Notes under the pieces: model-generated | The model's database searches: none | What the model was told of the DNA's origin: nothing | What the model saw: the letters and a program-made list of their open reading frames with translations, nothing else | Program-made: the position numbers and the translations under genes | Source of the DNA: an uncultured delta proteobacterium | Lineage (GTDB): Bacteria; Desulfobacterota; Binatia; UBA9968 | Length of the DNA: 64,000 nucleotides | Reading direction: 5' to 3' | Assembly: GCA_963745035.1 (NCBI GenBank) | Contig: CAVUVW010000013.1 | Location: 576,001-640,000, forward strand | Shown here: in pieces, positions 1 to 9,184 of the stretch | Numbering within the stretch: position 1 is the first letter of the stretch | How the letters are laid out: the number at the start of each line of letters is the position of its first letter

Positions 1-1610
1 CCGGGAGTGACGAACTCCAAATCGGTCGTGACTTCGATCAGCGCCGAGCGTTTCGCCGCCATCGCCTGGCGCAGCGCCGGCAAAAATTCTTCATCGCGCG
101 TCACCTTCAAGCCGAGCGCGCCGTAGGCGGAGCCCAGCCCGGCGAAATCCGGGTTTACCAAGTCGTTGCCGTACTGGCGTCCGGGATACTGCGCTTCCTG
201 GTGCATGCGGATCGAATTGTAGCCTTCATTGTTGTACACGATCGTGATGATGTCGGCGCCGTACTGCTTGGCCGTCGCCATTTCCTGGCCGGTCATCAGA
301 AACCCGCCGTCGCCCGCGTGCGCCACCACCAATCGATCGGGATGGGCGAGCTTCGCCGCCACCGCCGACGGCACTCCCGGCCCCATGCAGCCGAGAGCGG
401 GCGAGATGTACGAATCGGCGTAGTCGAATTCCAAAAAGCGCTGGTGCCACTGGCCGAAGCTTCCCGCATCGGTCGTCGTAATCGCATCGGCCGGCAGCGC
501 GGCTTTGAGATCGGTCATCACGCGCTCCATCGACACGCGCCGTGTCGGCCGCTCGGCCGGCGTACTGTAGCGCTTTTGCGCGGCGTGATGCTCCGCCACC
601 CATCCTGCCCGGTTCTCGTTCGGCCGCGGCCCTTGTAACTTGAGGGCGGCCGCGAGCGCCGCCTTGGCATCGGCGACGATGCCGGTGTCGGGACGCAAGT
701 TCTGACCGATGGTTTGCTCGTCGGGATAAATTTGGATAAACGGCTGGCCGGGCCGTGGAAAGGCGAAAGACGCCGTGGTTTGCTGATTCAAGCGGCTGCC
801 GATCACGACGACGAGATCGGCCTCGTTGGCTACGAGATTTCGCGTGTGCTTGTTCGCGTTCGCCAGGTTGCCGATGTAGTTCGGATGGCTGTTGGGAAAT
901 GCGTCCTGGCGTTTGTAGCTGGTAAGCACGGGAATCTGAAACTTCTCCGAGAAATCGATCAGCTCCTGCCGCGCGTTCGAATATTGCGTGCCCGAGCCGG
1001 CGATCAGCACCGGCTTCTTCGCCGCATTGATGCGATCGATCATCTCTTCGATCGACTTCGGATCGGGACTGGGCCGGAGCGGCGGATACGGATCGATCAT
1101 CGAGATCTGCGCGTCTTCTTCGAGCATGTCGCGCGGCAAGGAGACGACCACCGGGCCGGGGCGGCCGCTGCGCGCGATGTGAAAGGCGCGCGCCATGGTG
1201 CGCGGAATCTGCTTGGCGTCGTTGATCTCGATCACCCACTTGGCGAGGGTGCCGAAGAAGTGCGTGTAGTCGATTTCCTGTCCCGCCTCCCGGCCCCGAG
1301 CCGAGCGGCCCACCTGTCCCACCAGCAAAACCAGCGGCACGGAATCGTATTTCGCGCTGTGCACCGCGATGCTCGCATTGGTCGCTCCGGGCCCGCGGGT
1401 GACGATGCAGACGCCCGGTGTGCGCGTGGCCTTGGCGTAGCCTTCCGCCATGAAACATGCGCCGCCTTCCTGGCGGTTGGTGATCAGTTGGATTTCCCCC
1501 GTGTCGCAAAGCCCGTCGAGCACCGCGACGTAACTTTCCCCCGGCACACAGAAAACGTGCCGCACACCCTCATTGCGCAGACACTGCGCCACTGCATGAC
1601 CGGCAATCAT
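1..1610 (-). CDS. Thiamine pyrophosphate-dependent enzyme (acetolactate synthase large subunit-like); 3' end runs off the window
   Basis: Manual translation from ATG at 1610 (GAGGAAG upstream) gives MIAGHAVAQCLRNEGVRHVFCVPGESY...RQEGGA...RGPG and the TPP motif GDGGFLMTGQE...VYNN. The frame at position 3 matches the start. It is absent from the ORF track because there is no stop in the window. Confidence 0.92.
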   Translation of the reverse strand, partial: MIAGHAVAQCLRNEGVRHVFCVPGESYVAVLDGLCDTGEIQLITNRQEGGACFMAEGYAKATRTPGVCIVTRGPGATNASIAVHSAKYDSVPLVLLVGQVGRSARGREAGQEIDYTHFFGTLAKWVIEINDAKQIPRTMARAFHIARSGRPGPVVVSLPRDMLEEDAQISMIDPYPPLRPSPDPKSIEEMIDRINAAKKPVLIAGSGTQYSNARQELIDFSEKFQIPVLTSYKRQDAFPNSHPNYIGNLANANKHTRNLVANEADLVVVIGSRLNQQTTASFAFPRPGQPFIQIYPDEQTIGQNLRPDTGIVADAKAALAAALKLQGPRPNENRAGWVAEHHAAQKRYSTPAERPTRRVSMERVMTDLKAALPADAITTTDAGSFGQWHQRFLEFDYADSYISPALGCMGPGVPSAVAAKLAHPDRLVVAHAGDGGFLMTGQEMATAKQYGADIITIVYNNEGYNSIRMHQEAQYPGRQYGNDLVNPDFAGLGSAYGALGLKVTRDEEFLPALRQAMAAKRSALIEVTTDLEFVTP

Positions 1611-1651
1611 GATCTTCCTCCAAGCGTTGTTTTTTCGCGCGACTCTCTGTC

Positions 1652-1680
1652 GTATAACGCCCGCCTGCTCCCGCTGTCAA
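1652..1680 (-). promoter_or_regulatory. Candidate sigma-70 promoter for the TPP enzyme gene
   Basis: Minus strand reads TTGACA-17 nt-TTATAC about 40 bp upstream of the ATG at 1610. Confidence 0.45.
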
Positions 1681-1729
1681 TGTCGCTCCGAGCAAACTTT
1701 TCAACCGTTGCCCGTTGCCTTCTCCACCA

Positions 1730-1759
1730 TTGACAGCCTCGAATCACTGGTGCTAACCC
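1730..1759 (+). promoter_or_regulatory. Candidate sigma-70 promoter for the amidohydrolase gene (divergent pair)
   Basis: TTGACA (1730-1735), 18 nt spacer ending in TGC, then TAACCC. Confidence 0.35.
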
Positions 1760-1784
1760 GAAGTAGAAGACGAGGAACACAAAC

Positions 1785-2897
1785 ATGACCGGAATCATCG
1801 ACGCCGACACGCACATCGCCGAATCGGAAAGCATGTGGAGCCTGATCGACGAGATCATGTACCACCGCCGTCCCGTGATGCTCTCGGTGCCGGACGACAC
1901 GCTTTACCGCGACTTCAACGTTGTCTGGCTCATCGACGGAAATATTTTTCCCAAAGCCGCGGGCAAGGGCGGCTTTCGCCTGATCACGCCGGCGGCCTCG
2001 ATGCGCGAAACGGGACGGACCGACATCCATCGCGTCAGCCGGGAAATCAGCGACGTCGATGCGCGCCTGGCCGACATGGACAAGGCCGGCGTCGCCGCGC
2101 AGGTAATCTATCCCACATTGTTTCTCGTCCAAGTAACCGACGATCCTGCTTTGGAAGCGGCGCTCTGCGCCGCCTACAACAAATATCTCGCGCAGGTTTA
2201 TCGTAAGGCAAACGGGCGGCTCCGTTGGGTCGCCGTGCTGCCGCTTCATTCCGTAGACAAATCCATCGAGCAGATGCACCAAGCCAAGCAAGACGGCGCC
2301 GTCGGATTGTTCTTCAGCGGCATCGTCGGATCATTGACCCTCAACAATCCGCACTTTCATCCGATCTACGCCGAAGCCGAAAAGCTCGGCCTGCCGATCT
2401 GCGTTCACACGGGACAAAGCTGCCGCCATCTGCTGGACTTTTTCGATTTGGAATTGAACGGAACCTTCGCCGCTTCGCAGCTCCCGCCGGTCATCGGCTT
2501 CCGCGACCTCGTGGCGAGCGAGATTCCCGAAAGATTTCCGGAGTTGAAGTTCGGCTTTCTCGAAGCCTCGGCAAGTTGGGTACCGTACCTTTATCATCAC
2601 CTGAAGCGCTCCGCCCGCCCCCGCCCGTCGTTTCCCAACGCGCGTTGGAAGCACGCCTCGTGCGAAGACCTCTTCCGCGACTACCGCATCTACGTCGCCT
2701 GCGAAGCCGACGAAGATATTCCTTATCTCGCGGAATTCATCGGCGAGGATCATTTGATGATCGGGTCCGACTACGGCCACAATGACCCGGCGGAAGAGAA
2801 ATTGTTAGTGCAAACGATGCGATCGCGCGAAGATCTTTCACCAGAATTGGTCGATAAAATTCTGATCCACAATCCCAAGGAGTTCTATTCGCTGTAA
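1785..2897 (+). CDS. Amidohydrolase family protein (Amidohydro_2-like)
   Basis: IIDADTH at the N-terminus, PICVH, FLEA.ASW, IGSDYGH; GAGGA RBS. Confidence 0.9.
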   Translation: MTGIIDADTHIAESESMWSLIDEIMYHRRPVMLSVPDDTLYRDFNVVWLIDGNIFPKAAGKGGFRLITPAASMRETGRTDIHRVSREISDVDARLADMDKAGVAAQVIYPTLFLVQVTDDPALEAALCAAYNKYLAQVYRKANGRLRWVAVLPLHSVDKSIEQMHQAKQDGAVGLFFSGIVGSLTLNNPHFHPIYAEAEKLGLPICVHTGQSCRHLLDFFDLELNGTFAASQLPPVIGFRDLVASEIPERFPELKFGFLEASASWVPYLYHHLKRSARPRPSFPNARWKHASCEDLFRDYRIYVACEADEDIPYLAEFIGEDHLMIGSDYGHNDPAEEKLLVQTMRSREDLSPELVDKILIHNPKEFYSL

Positions 2898-2986
2898 CGT
2901 CCGTTGTATGCAATGGCCGGTGGCGAAAGAAGCGCAAACGAAAAACGACACCCTGAATCAATGAATCTCTCTGAAAGAAAGCATTT

Positions 2987-4012
2987 ATGAGAAGGCATCT
3001 GGTGTCTTTGGCTATCGTTCTCTGGATCACCGAAGCCTCGGCGCAAAGTCCATTTTACCAGGGGAAAACAATTACGGTCGTGGCCGCCGCAAGCGCGGGG
3101 AGCGCCTACGATCTCTATGCGCGGCTGATGGCGCAGTTCATGGGCAGGCATATCCCGGGCAATCCGAGCTTCATTGTCCAGAACATGACCGGGGCGGGCT
3201 CGATCATCGGCGCCAACTACATTTACAATGTTTCCAAACCGGACGGCCTGACCATCGGCGCGATCCAGCCGTCGATCTACTTCAACCAGCTCATGAAGCA
3301 GAAGGAAGTGAAATACGATTGGGCGAAGTTTACCTGGATCGGCAGCTCGGATAAATCCGATTATCTCCTCTACATGCGCGCCGATCTTCCCTATAAGACC
3401 TTGGCCGATGTGCGTAAGGCGAAGGAGCCGCCGAAGTGCGGCTCGACAGGAGCGGGAACTTCGGGCAGCTACATGCCAAAACTGCTGGAAGAAACTCTCG
3501 GCACGAAGTTCACCATCGTCGCCGGTTATCAGGGCGGCGGCGAGATCGATCTCGCCGTCGAGCGCGGCGAGCTTCACTGTCGGGCTTTCACGATCCAGGC
3601 CTATCATTCGCGAGAGCCTTACCACACTTGGCGCAAAAAAGGCTTTGCGCGCATCCTGATGCAGACCGGTCAGACGCGCGATCCGCGGCTGGCCGATGTG
3701 CCGACGCTGCGCGAGTTGATGGACGAGCAAAAAACTCCGGAAGCCGATCGGCGAATGGTACCGATGGTTTTAGCCGCGACGGATTTCGGCAGGCCCATCA
3801 TCGCGCCGCCCGGCGTACCGGTCGACCGAATGAAAATCCTGCGCGAGGCGTTTCTTAAGACGATGAAAGATCCAGAGCTTTTGGCCGAAGCCAAAAGAAA
3901 GAACTTCGACATCACGCCGTCCTCCGGAGAGGAGCTCGAAGCGCTGGCGAAACAGGTCATGTCGCAGCCGCCGGAGATCGTGAATCGGGTTAAAATTCTG
4001 ATGGAGCAGTAG
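2987..4012 (+). CDS. Bug/TctC-family tripartite tricarboxylate transporter substrate-binding protein
   Basis: Signal peptide, FYQGKTITVVV..SAGSAYD..AR, VQNMTGAG, PDGLTIG, GYQGGGEI, APPGVP. Confidence 0.88.
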   Translation: MRRHLVSLAIVLWITEASAQSPFYQGKTITVVAAASAGSAYDLYARLMAQFMGRHIPGNPSFIVQNMTGAGSIIGANYIYNVSKPDGLTIGAIQPSIYFNQLMKQKEVKYDWAKFTWIGSSDKSDYLLYMRADLPYKTLADVRKAKEPPKCGSTGAGTSGSYMPKLLEETLGTKFTIVAGYQGGGEIDLAVERGELHCRAFTIQAYHSREPYHTWRKKGFARILMQTGQTRDPRLADVPTLRELMDEQKTPEADRRMVPMVLAATDFGRPIIAPPGVPVDRMKILREAFLKTMKDPELLAEAKRKNFDITPSSGEELEALAKQVMSQPPEIVNRVKILMEQ

Positions 4013-4041
4013 GTCGCGTACCGCTCGCATCGGTGCTCGCC

Positions 4042-4071
4042 TTGACAATCGAAACCGCCTCGCCGTAATTT
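4042..4071 (+). promoter_or_regulatory. Candidate sigma-70 promoter for the VOC gene
   Basis: TTGACA-18 nt-TAATTT about 40 bp upstream of the ATG at 4111. Confidence 0.45.
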
Positions 4072-4110
4072 CGGGCAGAGCAAGTCACCAAATGACTCAA
4101 GGAGGTTTCC

Positions 4111-4506
4111 ATGTTCGATATCAAAGGAATCAGAACCTTTGCCACGAGCGCCAAGGATCTCGACAAGGCAGTGGAGTTCTATACCAAGGTGATCGGCGGC
4201 CAGATCGTGAAAAAAGTCGATCCAACCGAAGAGCAGAAAAACGCCGGCCAGGTGAAGGAAGTCGACGTGCGCCTCGGCAACTTCGAAGTGCATCTGTTCG
4301 ACGCGTCGATCAAGCCGCGCCCGGTCGATCCACACCACACGTTGAATATTCCGTGGCAGGAGCAAGAAAAGGCTTTGACAGCGCTGAAGCAGATCGGCGC
4401 CAATATCGAAAAAATACGGCCGCACCGCGACGGCGTAAGCTACTCGATCAACGTCTTCGACCCGGACGGCAATCGCTGGGAGCTATCGTTCGCGCAGGGA
4501 AACTAA
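4111..4506 (+). CDS. VOC/glyoxalase family protein
   Basis: DLDKAVEFY..VIG and FDPDGNRWEL motifs; AGGAGG RBS. Confidence 0.88.
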   Translation: MFDIKGIRTFATSAKDLDKAVEFYTKVIGGQIVKKVDPTEEQKNAGQVKEVDVRLGNFEVHLFDASIKPRPVDPHHTLNIPWQEQEKALTALKQIGANIEKIRPHRDGVSYSINVFDPDGNRWELSFAQGN

Positions 4507-4518
4507 CAAAATAAACTC

Positions 4519-4608
4519 GTTCAAACTGTTCAAGCCGTTCAAAACGTTCAAATCGTCCGAACCTCCGGAAACGTGTTGAACCACTTGAACGGCTTGAACG
4601 TTTTGAAC
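4519..4608. repeat. Inverted array of 9-nt-period GTTCAA/TTGAAC units between convergent genes
   Basis: GTTCAA at 4519, 4528, 4537, 4546, then TTGAAC at 4576, 4585, 4594, 4603. Confidence 0.9.
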
Positions 4609-4611
4609 CTC

Positions 4612-5766
4612 TTAGTTGTACTTTCTCAGCACTTCCCGAGCGATCACCATCCGCATCACCTCGGATGCGCCTTCGGTGATCATGCGGCTCCGCTGATCGA
4701 CGAACCATTTCGCCAGCGGCAAATCGAGGGTAAGGCCGATACCGCCGTGGATCTGCAGCACGCGGTCGACGACGCGGAAGGACATCTCGTCGGCGAAGAG
4801 CTTCGCCATGTACGCTTCGTTGCGGATGTCCTGTTTCTGATCGTTCTTCCACGCCGCCTGATAGACCATCAAACGGGCGGCGTGCAGCTCGACGTAGGAA
4901 TCGGCGAGCTTGAACGTGATGCCCTGCCGCTCCGATAGCGGCTTGCCGAAAGTAACTCGCTCCTTCGAGTAACGCGCGCCCATCTCGATGCAGCGCTCGG
5001 CGACGCCGAGTGCGCGCGCGCCGTGTTTTAGCCGGCCGATGCCGAGCCATTTTTGCGCCAGCTTGAAACCTTCGCCTTCCTTGCCGACGAGATTCTCCGC
5101 CGGCACCTTCATATCGTCGAAAGTGATGTGCCAGGGTTCTTCGCCCATCATTGTTTTGTAGCGCGTCACCAGATTGAGTCCCGGCGTCTTCATATCGACC
5201 ATGAAGCACGAGATGCCGCCGTGCGCGCCTTTCGCCGGATCGGTCACCGCCATCAACTGGCCGATGTCGGCGTCGCCCGCGCCGGTGATAAAACGCTTGG
5301 TGCCGTTGATGACGTAGTGATCGCCCTGGCGCACCGCGCGGGTTTTCATTGACGCGGGATCGGAGCCGGCGTCGGGCTCCGTCTGCATGAAGCAAAGCTT
5401 CTTTTCACCGCGTAGCACCGGATCCATGAAGCGCTTCTTCTGCTCCGGATTGAGCGCGTAAAGAATCGGCCGCACTTCCGGCCCGAAGATGCCCTGCCCC
5501 CGCGACGGCAGCGCCACGGTGCGCGACAGCTCTTCCCACACCAACACCTGCGCCAAGCTGCCGAGTCCGCCGCCGCCGTACTCTTCCGGCACGTCGAACA
5601 TCCAGAGCCCCATCTCTTTGGTTTTCTTTTCCAAGCGCTCGCGGATATCCGGCTTCAGTTCCATATTCTCGATCGTGTGCATCTCCACCGGAATGAGTTC
5701 CTTATCGACGAACTTCCGCACCGTGTCTTTCAGCATCTGCAGTTCTTCGGGCAAATTGAAATCCAT
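4612..5766 (-). CDS. Acyl-CoA dehydrogenase
   Basis: MDFNLPEE, PEEYGG, TEPDAGSD, INGTKRFIT, R.TFGKPL, QIHGGIG, ITEGASE. Confidence 0.95.
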   Translation of the reverse strand: MDFNLPEELQMLKDTVRKFVDKELIPVEMHTIENMELKPDIRERLEKKTKEMGLWMFDVPEEYGGGGLGSLAQVLVWEELSRTVALPSRGQGIFGPEVRPILYALNPEQKKRFMDPVLRGEKKLCFMQTEPDAGSDPASMKTRAVRQGDHYVINGTKRFITGAGDADIGQLMAVTDPAKGAHGGISCFMVDMKTPGLNLVTRYKTMMGEEPWHITFDDMKVPAENLVGKEGEGFKLAQKWLGIGRLKHGARALGVAERCIEMGARYSKERVTFGKPLSERQGITFKLADSYVELHAARLMVYQAAWKNDQKQDIRNEAYMAKLFADEMSFRVVDRVLQIHGGIGLTLDLPLAKWFVDQRSRMITEGASEVMRMVIAREVLRKYN

Positions 5767-5794
5767 GCTCCTCCTCCGAAACGGAACTGAGAAC

Positions 5795-5902
5795 GTTCAA
5801 TTGCTGTGCGCGTCAAGTTCCCCCGTCTTCATCTTCCCCCGCGCCGCGGGGGAAGACAGAGATGGGGGCTTGAACGTTTTGAACTATTTGAGCGGTTTGA
5901 AC
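5795..5902. repeat. Composite repeat: GC-rich REP-like hairpin inside TTGAAC 9-mer units
   Basis: Perfect 11-bp stem TCTTCCCCCGC/GCGGGGGAAGA (5832-5856) with outer CCCCCGTCT/AGATGGGGG. GTTCAA at 5795; TTGAAC-type units at 5870, 5879, 5888, 5897. Confidence 0.85.
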
Positions 5903-5906
5903 GCGT

Positions 5907-6725
5907 TTATTTCTTTTCCTCGACCTTATAAGACCCCAGCCCCGGCCGGTATTCTTTACGCGCGAACTGCTGCAATCCCGGCCGGCCGCCGATCGCCTGT
6001 TTGGCCTTGTCGGAAATCAAGTTTGAAAGCTCATAAGCCACGTCCGGATTGGAATAGAACGTGTAGTACCACGCTTCCTTGACGGCGTTCAGCGCGGACG
6101 GCGCCTTTTCTTTCAGGTTATTGGCGATGTCCATGACCTCTTTATCCAAATCAGCGCGCGGCACGGCTTTGGTGATCAAGCCGATGCGCTCCGCCTCTTT
6201 CGCATTCATTGTCTTTCCCGTCAGCGCGTAATACAGCCCATGTTTCGGTTGCAGATGCTCGGTCAACACGATGGTCACTTCGCCGCCCGGGAAGTGGCCG
6301 AAGTTGACTTCCGAGAGGCCGAACTGCACGTCGTCGGCGGCGATCGCGATATCGCAGCCGGTCACGACCGTAAATCCGCCGCCGAACACCCAGCCGTTGA
6401 TCCTGGCGATCACCGGCTGCGGCATCTTGCGCAGGATTTCGTTGCGCCACTGGCGCGATTTCTCCCGCACTTCGTCGCGCACGCGGTCCGGCTGCGAATC
6501 CATCTCGATGAAATACTGCTTCAAGTCCTGCCCCGCGCAAAAGCTCTCGCCGGCGCCGGTAATGATGATCACGCGCGTTTCTTTGTCGTAGCGGAGATCG
6601 TTCAGGCAGTCGTACATTTCCCGGTGCAGCTGCGGGCTCATCGCGTTGCGTTTCTCCGGACGATTGAGCGTGATCGTGGTCACGCCGTCTTTCTTGTCGA
6701 CCAACAGAGTCTGATAACTGGCCAT
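5907..6725 (-). CDS. Crotonase-family enzyme, p-hydroxycinnamoyl/feruloyl-CoA hydratase-lyase-like
   Basis: LNRPEKRNAMSP, CAGQDLKQYF, GWVFGGGF, FGLSEVNFG and C-terminal YRPGLGSYK, typical of the HCHL subfamily. Confidence 0.8.
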   Translation of the reverse strand: MASYQTLLVDKKDGVTTITLNRPEKRNAMSPQLHREMYDCLNDLRYDKETRVIIITGAGESFCAGQDLKQYFIEMDSQPDRVRDEVREKSRQWRNEILRKMPQPVIARINGWVFGGGFTVVTGCDIAIAADDVQFGLSEVNFGHFPGGEVTIVLTEHLQPKHGLYYALTGKTMNAKEAERIGLITKAVPRADLDKEVMDIANNLKEKAPSALNAVKEAWYYTFYSNPDVAYELSNLISDKAKQAIGGRPGLQQFARKEYRPGLGSYKVEEKK

Positions 6726-6943
6726 GGTTTCCTCCTGACCCTTTCAATTTTGTGCACTTCAGGTGTTACTCTAGATGCGGCGAAGGTGTCAAACGTGGAG
6801 CGTGATAAGCGATGCTCCGACTGAGTTCTGATTTACGTTTTTGGCGCGGTTTCGAAAGCGAAAAAGTTCATGCTAACTTGCGGTCAATGAGCTCGCTCAA
6901 GCGCGGCCCTGCTCATCGGAGATCGAGGTTCGCGAGGAACACC

Positions 6944-8077
6944 GTGGCAACATTGACGCGACAACCGTCCCGCCCTTTTCGCTACCGCATGGATCGCTGG
7001 ATCCGCGGCGTTGTCACCCGTGTGATCGGCTGGATCGCGCCGCAGCCGCCGCACACAGAGCTTGACCCGGGCGATTCCTCGATCCAAAGAATTCTTCTGG
7101 TTCGAGCCAACTTCCGCATGGGCAACGCCATTCTCACTCTTCCCGCGATCGCTGCGTTCCGTAAGAACTTTCCCGGCGCAAAAATCGATTTTCTGGGCTC
7201 GCCGATTTCGAGCCTGCTCTTTCGCCATCAGCCGTTGAGCGAGCATTACGTCGCGCCGCGCCGCTTTCCCCACGTGCTCTGGCAATACCCGCGCCTGCTC
7301 CACCGGTTGCGCGCCAATCGCTACGACCTTGCGGTGGACCTAAGCTGTTCCCAGTCGGGCGCCGCCGCGTTTATTATCGGTCTCTCGGCGGCGCGCATCC
7401 GCGTCGGCATCGCCGGCAAAGGCGATCGGGTTTTGAATCTGAAAGTGGCCAAGCTGCGGGAGTCGAACAAATATCTCAAGCTGACCGAATTTCTAGGCGC
7501 TTTAAAGCTCGGCCAGATCGCCACGGTCGGCGCCCTCGAATTCTCCGCCGAGGAAAAAATCGCGGGACGCGACCGGCTCGAGTCGCTGGCGGCGCGCAAC
7601 AACGGCAAGATCGCCGGCGTGTTTGTCGGCGGCCGCAAGCTCCGCGGCAAGCGCTGGCCGCTTGAGAATTTTTTGCGCGTGGTCACCGGCCTGCGGCAAA
7701 GCGGCGCCGCGGTGGTAGTGTTTCTCGGCCCCGAAGAAACCGACATGGTCGATGTTTTTAGGAGCTCGCTCTCTCCCGCGATCCCGCTCATTTTCGAGCC
7801 CGCGGTGCGCAAGTTTGCCGCCATGCTGGCGCATCTCGATGTGCTGATTTGCTGCGATTCAGGCCCCATGCACCTCGCCTGCGCCGCCGGCGTCCCGGTC
7901 GTGGCGATCTTTCAAGAGCGCCATGTGAAGCGCTGGGCGCCGCCCCGGAGTGCCGCGCGCGTCCTGTCGGACCCCGGCCCTGCTCAAGTATTGGCCACCG
8001 CCCTGGAGGAGATCTCGCGCGGTATGCCTGCCAAGACTTTGGCAACGCCGCCCGTCAACATCACGGCCGACGCTTAA
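6944..8077 (+). CDS. Glycosyltransferase family 9 (LPS heptosyltransferase-like)
   Basis: RILLVR...MGNAILTLPAI, KRWP, CCDSGPMHLA. Start placed at the GTG after GAGGA; the ORF track starts at 6812. Confidence 0.88.
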   Translation: MATLTRQPSRPFRYRMDRWIRGVVTRVIGWIAPQPPHTELDPGDSSIQRILLVRANFRMGNAILTLPAIAAFRKNFPGAKIDFLGSPISSLLFRHQPLSEHYVAPRRFPHVLWQYPRLLHRLRANRYDLAVDLSCSQSGAAAFIIGLSAARIRVGIAGKGDRVLNLKVAKLRESNKYLKLTEFLGALKLGQIATVGALEFSAEEKIAGRDRLESLAARNNGKIAGVFVGGRKLRGKRWPLENFLRVVTGLRQSGAAVVVFLGPEETDMVDVFRSSLSPAIPLIFEPAVRKFAAMLAHLDVLICCDSGPMHLACAAGVPVVAIFQERHVKRWAPPRSAARVLSDPGPAQVLATALEEISRGMPAKTLATPPVNITADA

Positions 8078-8257
8078 GACCGCTGGCCGACAGACCAGCG
8101 ATTTGCCCAACGACGAGCTTTTCTCCGGTATCCGCGGCGGGCGCGTCCAGCCTCTCACGCTTAGCTTTTCCGATGACTCCGATAGCCAAATTGGCTAGAA
8201 TGAGCGGCCTAAAAGAAGGCTGGCGCTGCGCGCAGCACAAATAGCGAGGTATTGATC

Positions 8258-8941
8258 ATGAAAGCCCGCTCGGCATTGCTTTACGGCATCTTCGTTTGGT
8301 TTCTTCTGCTGGGCGCGCCCGCGCGTCCGGCCGGCGCCGCCGATGCTCCTCCCAGCCTCACCGCGAGGGCGACCGGAGTCGCCTTGTACGCGCAGCAAGA
8401 CGCCGAAGCCAAGCCCATCGCGACCTTGGAAGAAGGCGAAACGCTCTTCCCGATGCTCGAAGCGATCGGCAGAGAAACCTGGTATATGGTGCGGACCCGA
8501 CGGGGACTCACCGGCTGGGTGCGCGCGAGCGACGTAGTTGCGAGCGCCGAGACCCGGGAAGCGTTCAAAGAAAGAGAAACCACATCGACCTGGAGCGCGC
8601 GCAGCGCCGACGGCCGGACCTTTACCGGCACCTGGAGCGTTGCGCCCGACTCCACTCCGCGATCGGCTGCGGGCGGCTGGAGTTTGAGCGACGGGAAAGG
8701 CGCTACCGTGATGCGCGGCAGTTGGTCCGCCGACAAACACGAAACCGGCTGGAACGGCGTATGGCGCGCGACCCTGGAAGGCGGAAAAGGCGAATACAGC
8801 GGCAGTTGGTCCGCCGATCTTCCCCACTTGCGCAACGCCGCCTTTGCCGAGCTGTTCGCCGCCGCGGCCAAGGAAACGGTTCGCGGTCTGTGGACCGGCG
8901 GCAGTGCTTCGGGCAGTTGGTCGATACGCTACGTCAAGTAG
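8258..8941 (+). CDS. Secreted protein with an SH3-like N-terminal domain and a GxWS-repeat C-terminal region
   Basis: Signal peptide; WYMVRTRRGLTGWV SH3b-like motif; seven G-x-W-(S/R/T) motifs. Confidence 0.7.
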   Translation: MKARSALLYGIFVWFLLLGAPARPAGAADAPPSLTARATGVALYAQQDAEAKPIATLEEGETLFPMLEAIGRETWYMVRTRRGLTGWVRASDVVASAETREAFKERETTSTWSARSADGRTFTGTWSVAPDSTPRSAAGGWSLSDGKGATVMRGSWSADKHETGWNGVWRATLEGGKGEYSGSWSADLPHLRNAAFAELFAAAAKETVRGLWTGGSASGSWSIRYVK

Positions 8942-9038
8942 CCGACCTCAAGGAAACTTGCGCGCCGGCGGCGCCGGTCTTTTCCTCGGCGCCAAGCGGC
9001 TGTGTTATAATCGCGCGACCGCTCTGGGCGCAATTGAG

Positions 9039-9062
9039 GTAGGGGCGAGCGGCGCTCGCCCT
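9039..9062. repeat. GTAG-type REP-like hairpin
   Basis: GTAG followed by the stem GGGCGAGC/GCTCGCCC. Confidence 0.65.
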
Positions 9063-9184
9063 CGAAGCACGTTGTAACCGCGAGCGCCTGGGCGGCGCAT
9101 AGAGAGAAAGTTCTATGGCGGAAAGAGAGCGAGCCATACCCGCCGCGCGCGTCTCTCCCATCCGCTGGGGAGGCTCAGGAAATT

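Noticed and set aside
226-1733. Long ORFs 226-1509 (-) and 714-1733 (+), and similar Arg/Ala-rich overlapping ORFs throughout
   Set aside because: Shadow frames of real genes in GC-rich DNA; no family motifs.
4519-4608. Short periodic repeats as a CRISPR array
   Set aside because: Units are 9 nt with 3-nt variable parts, the halves are inverted, and no cas genes are present.
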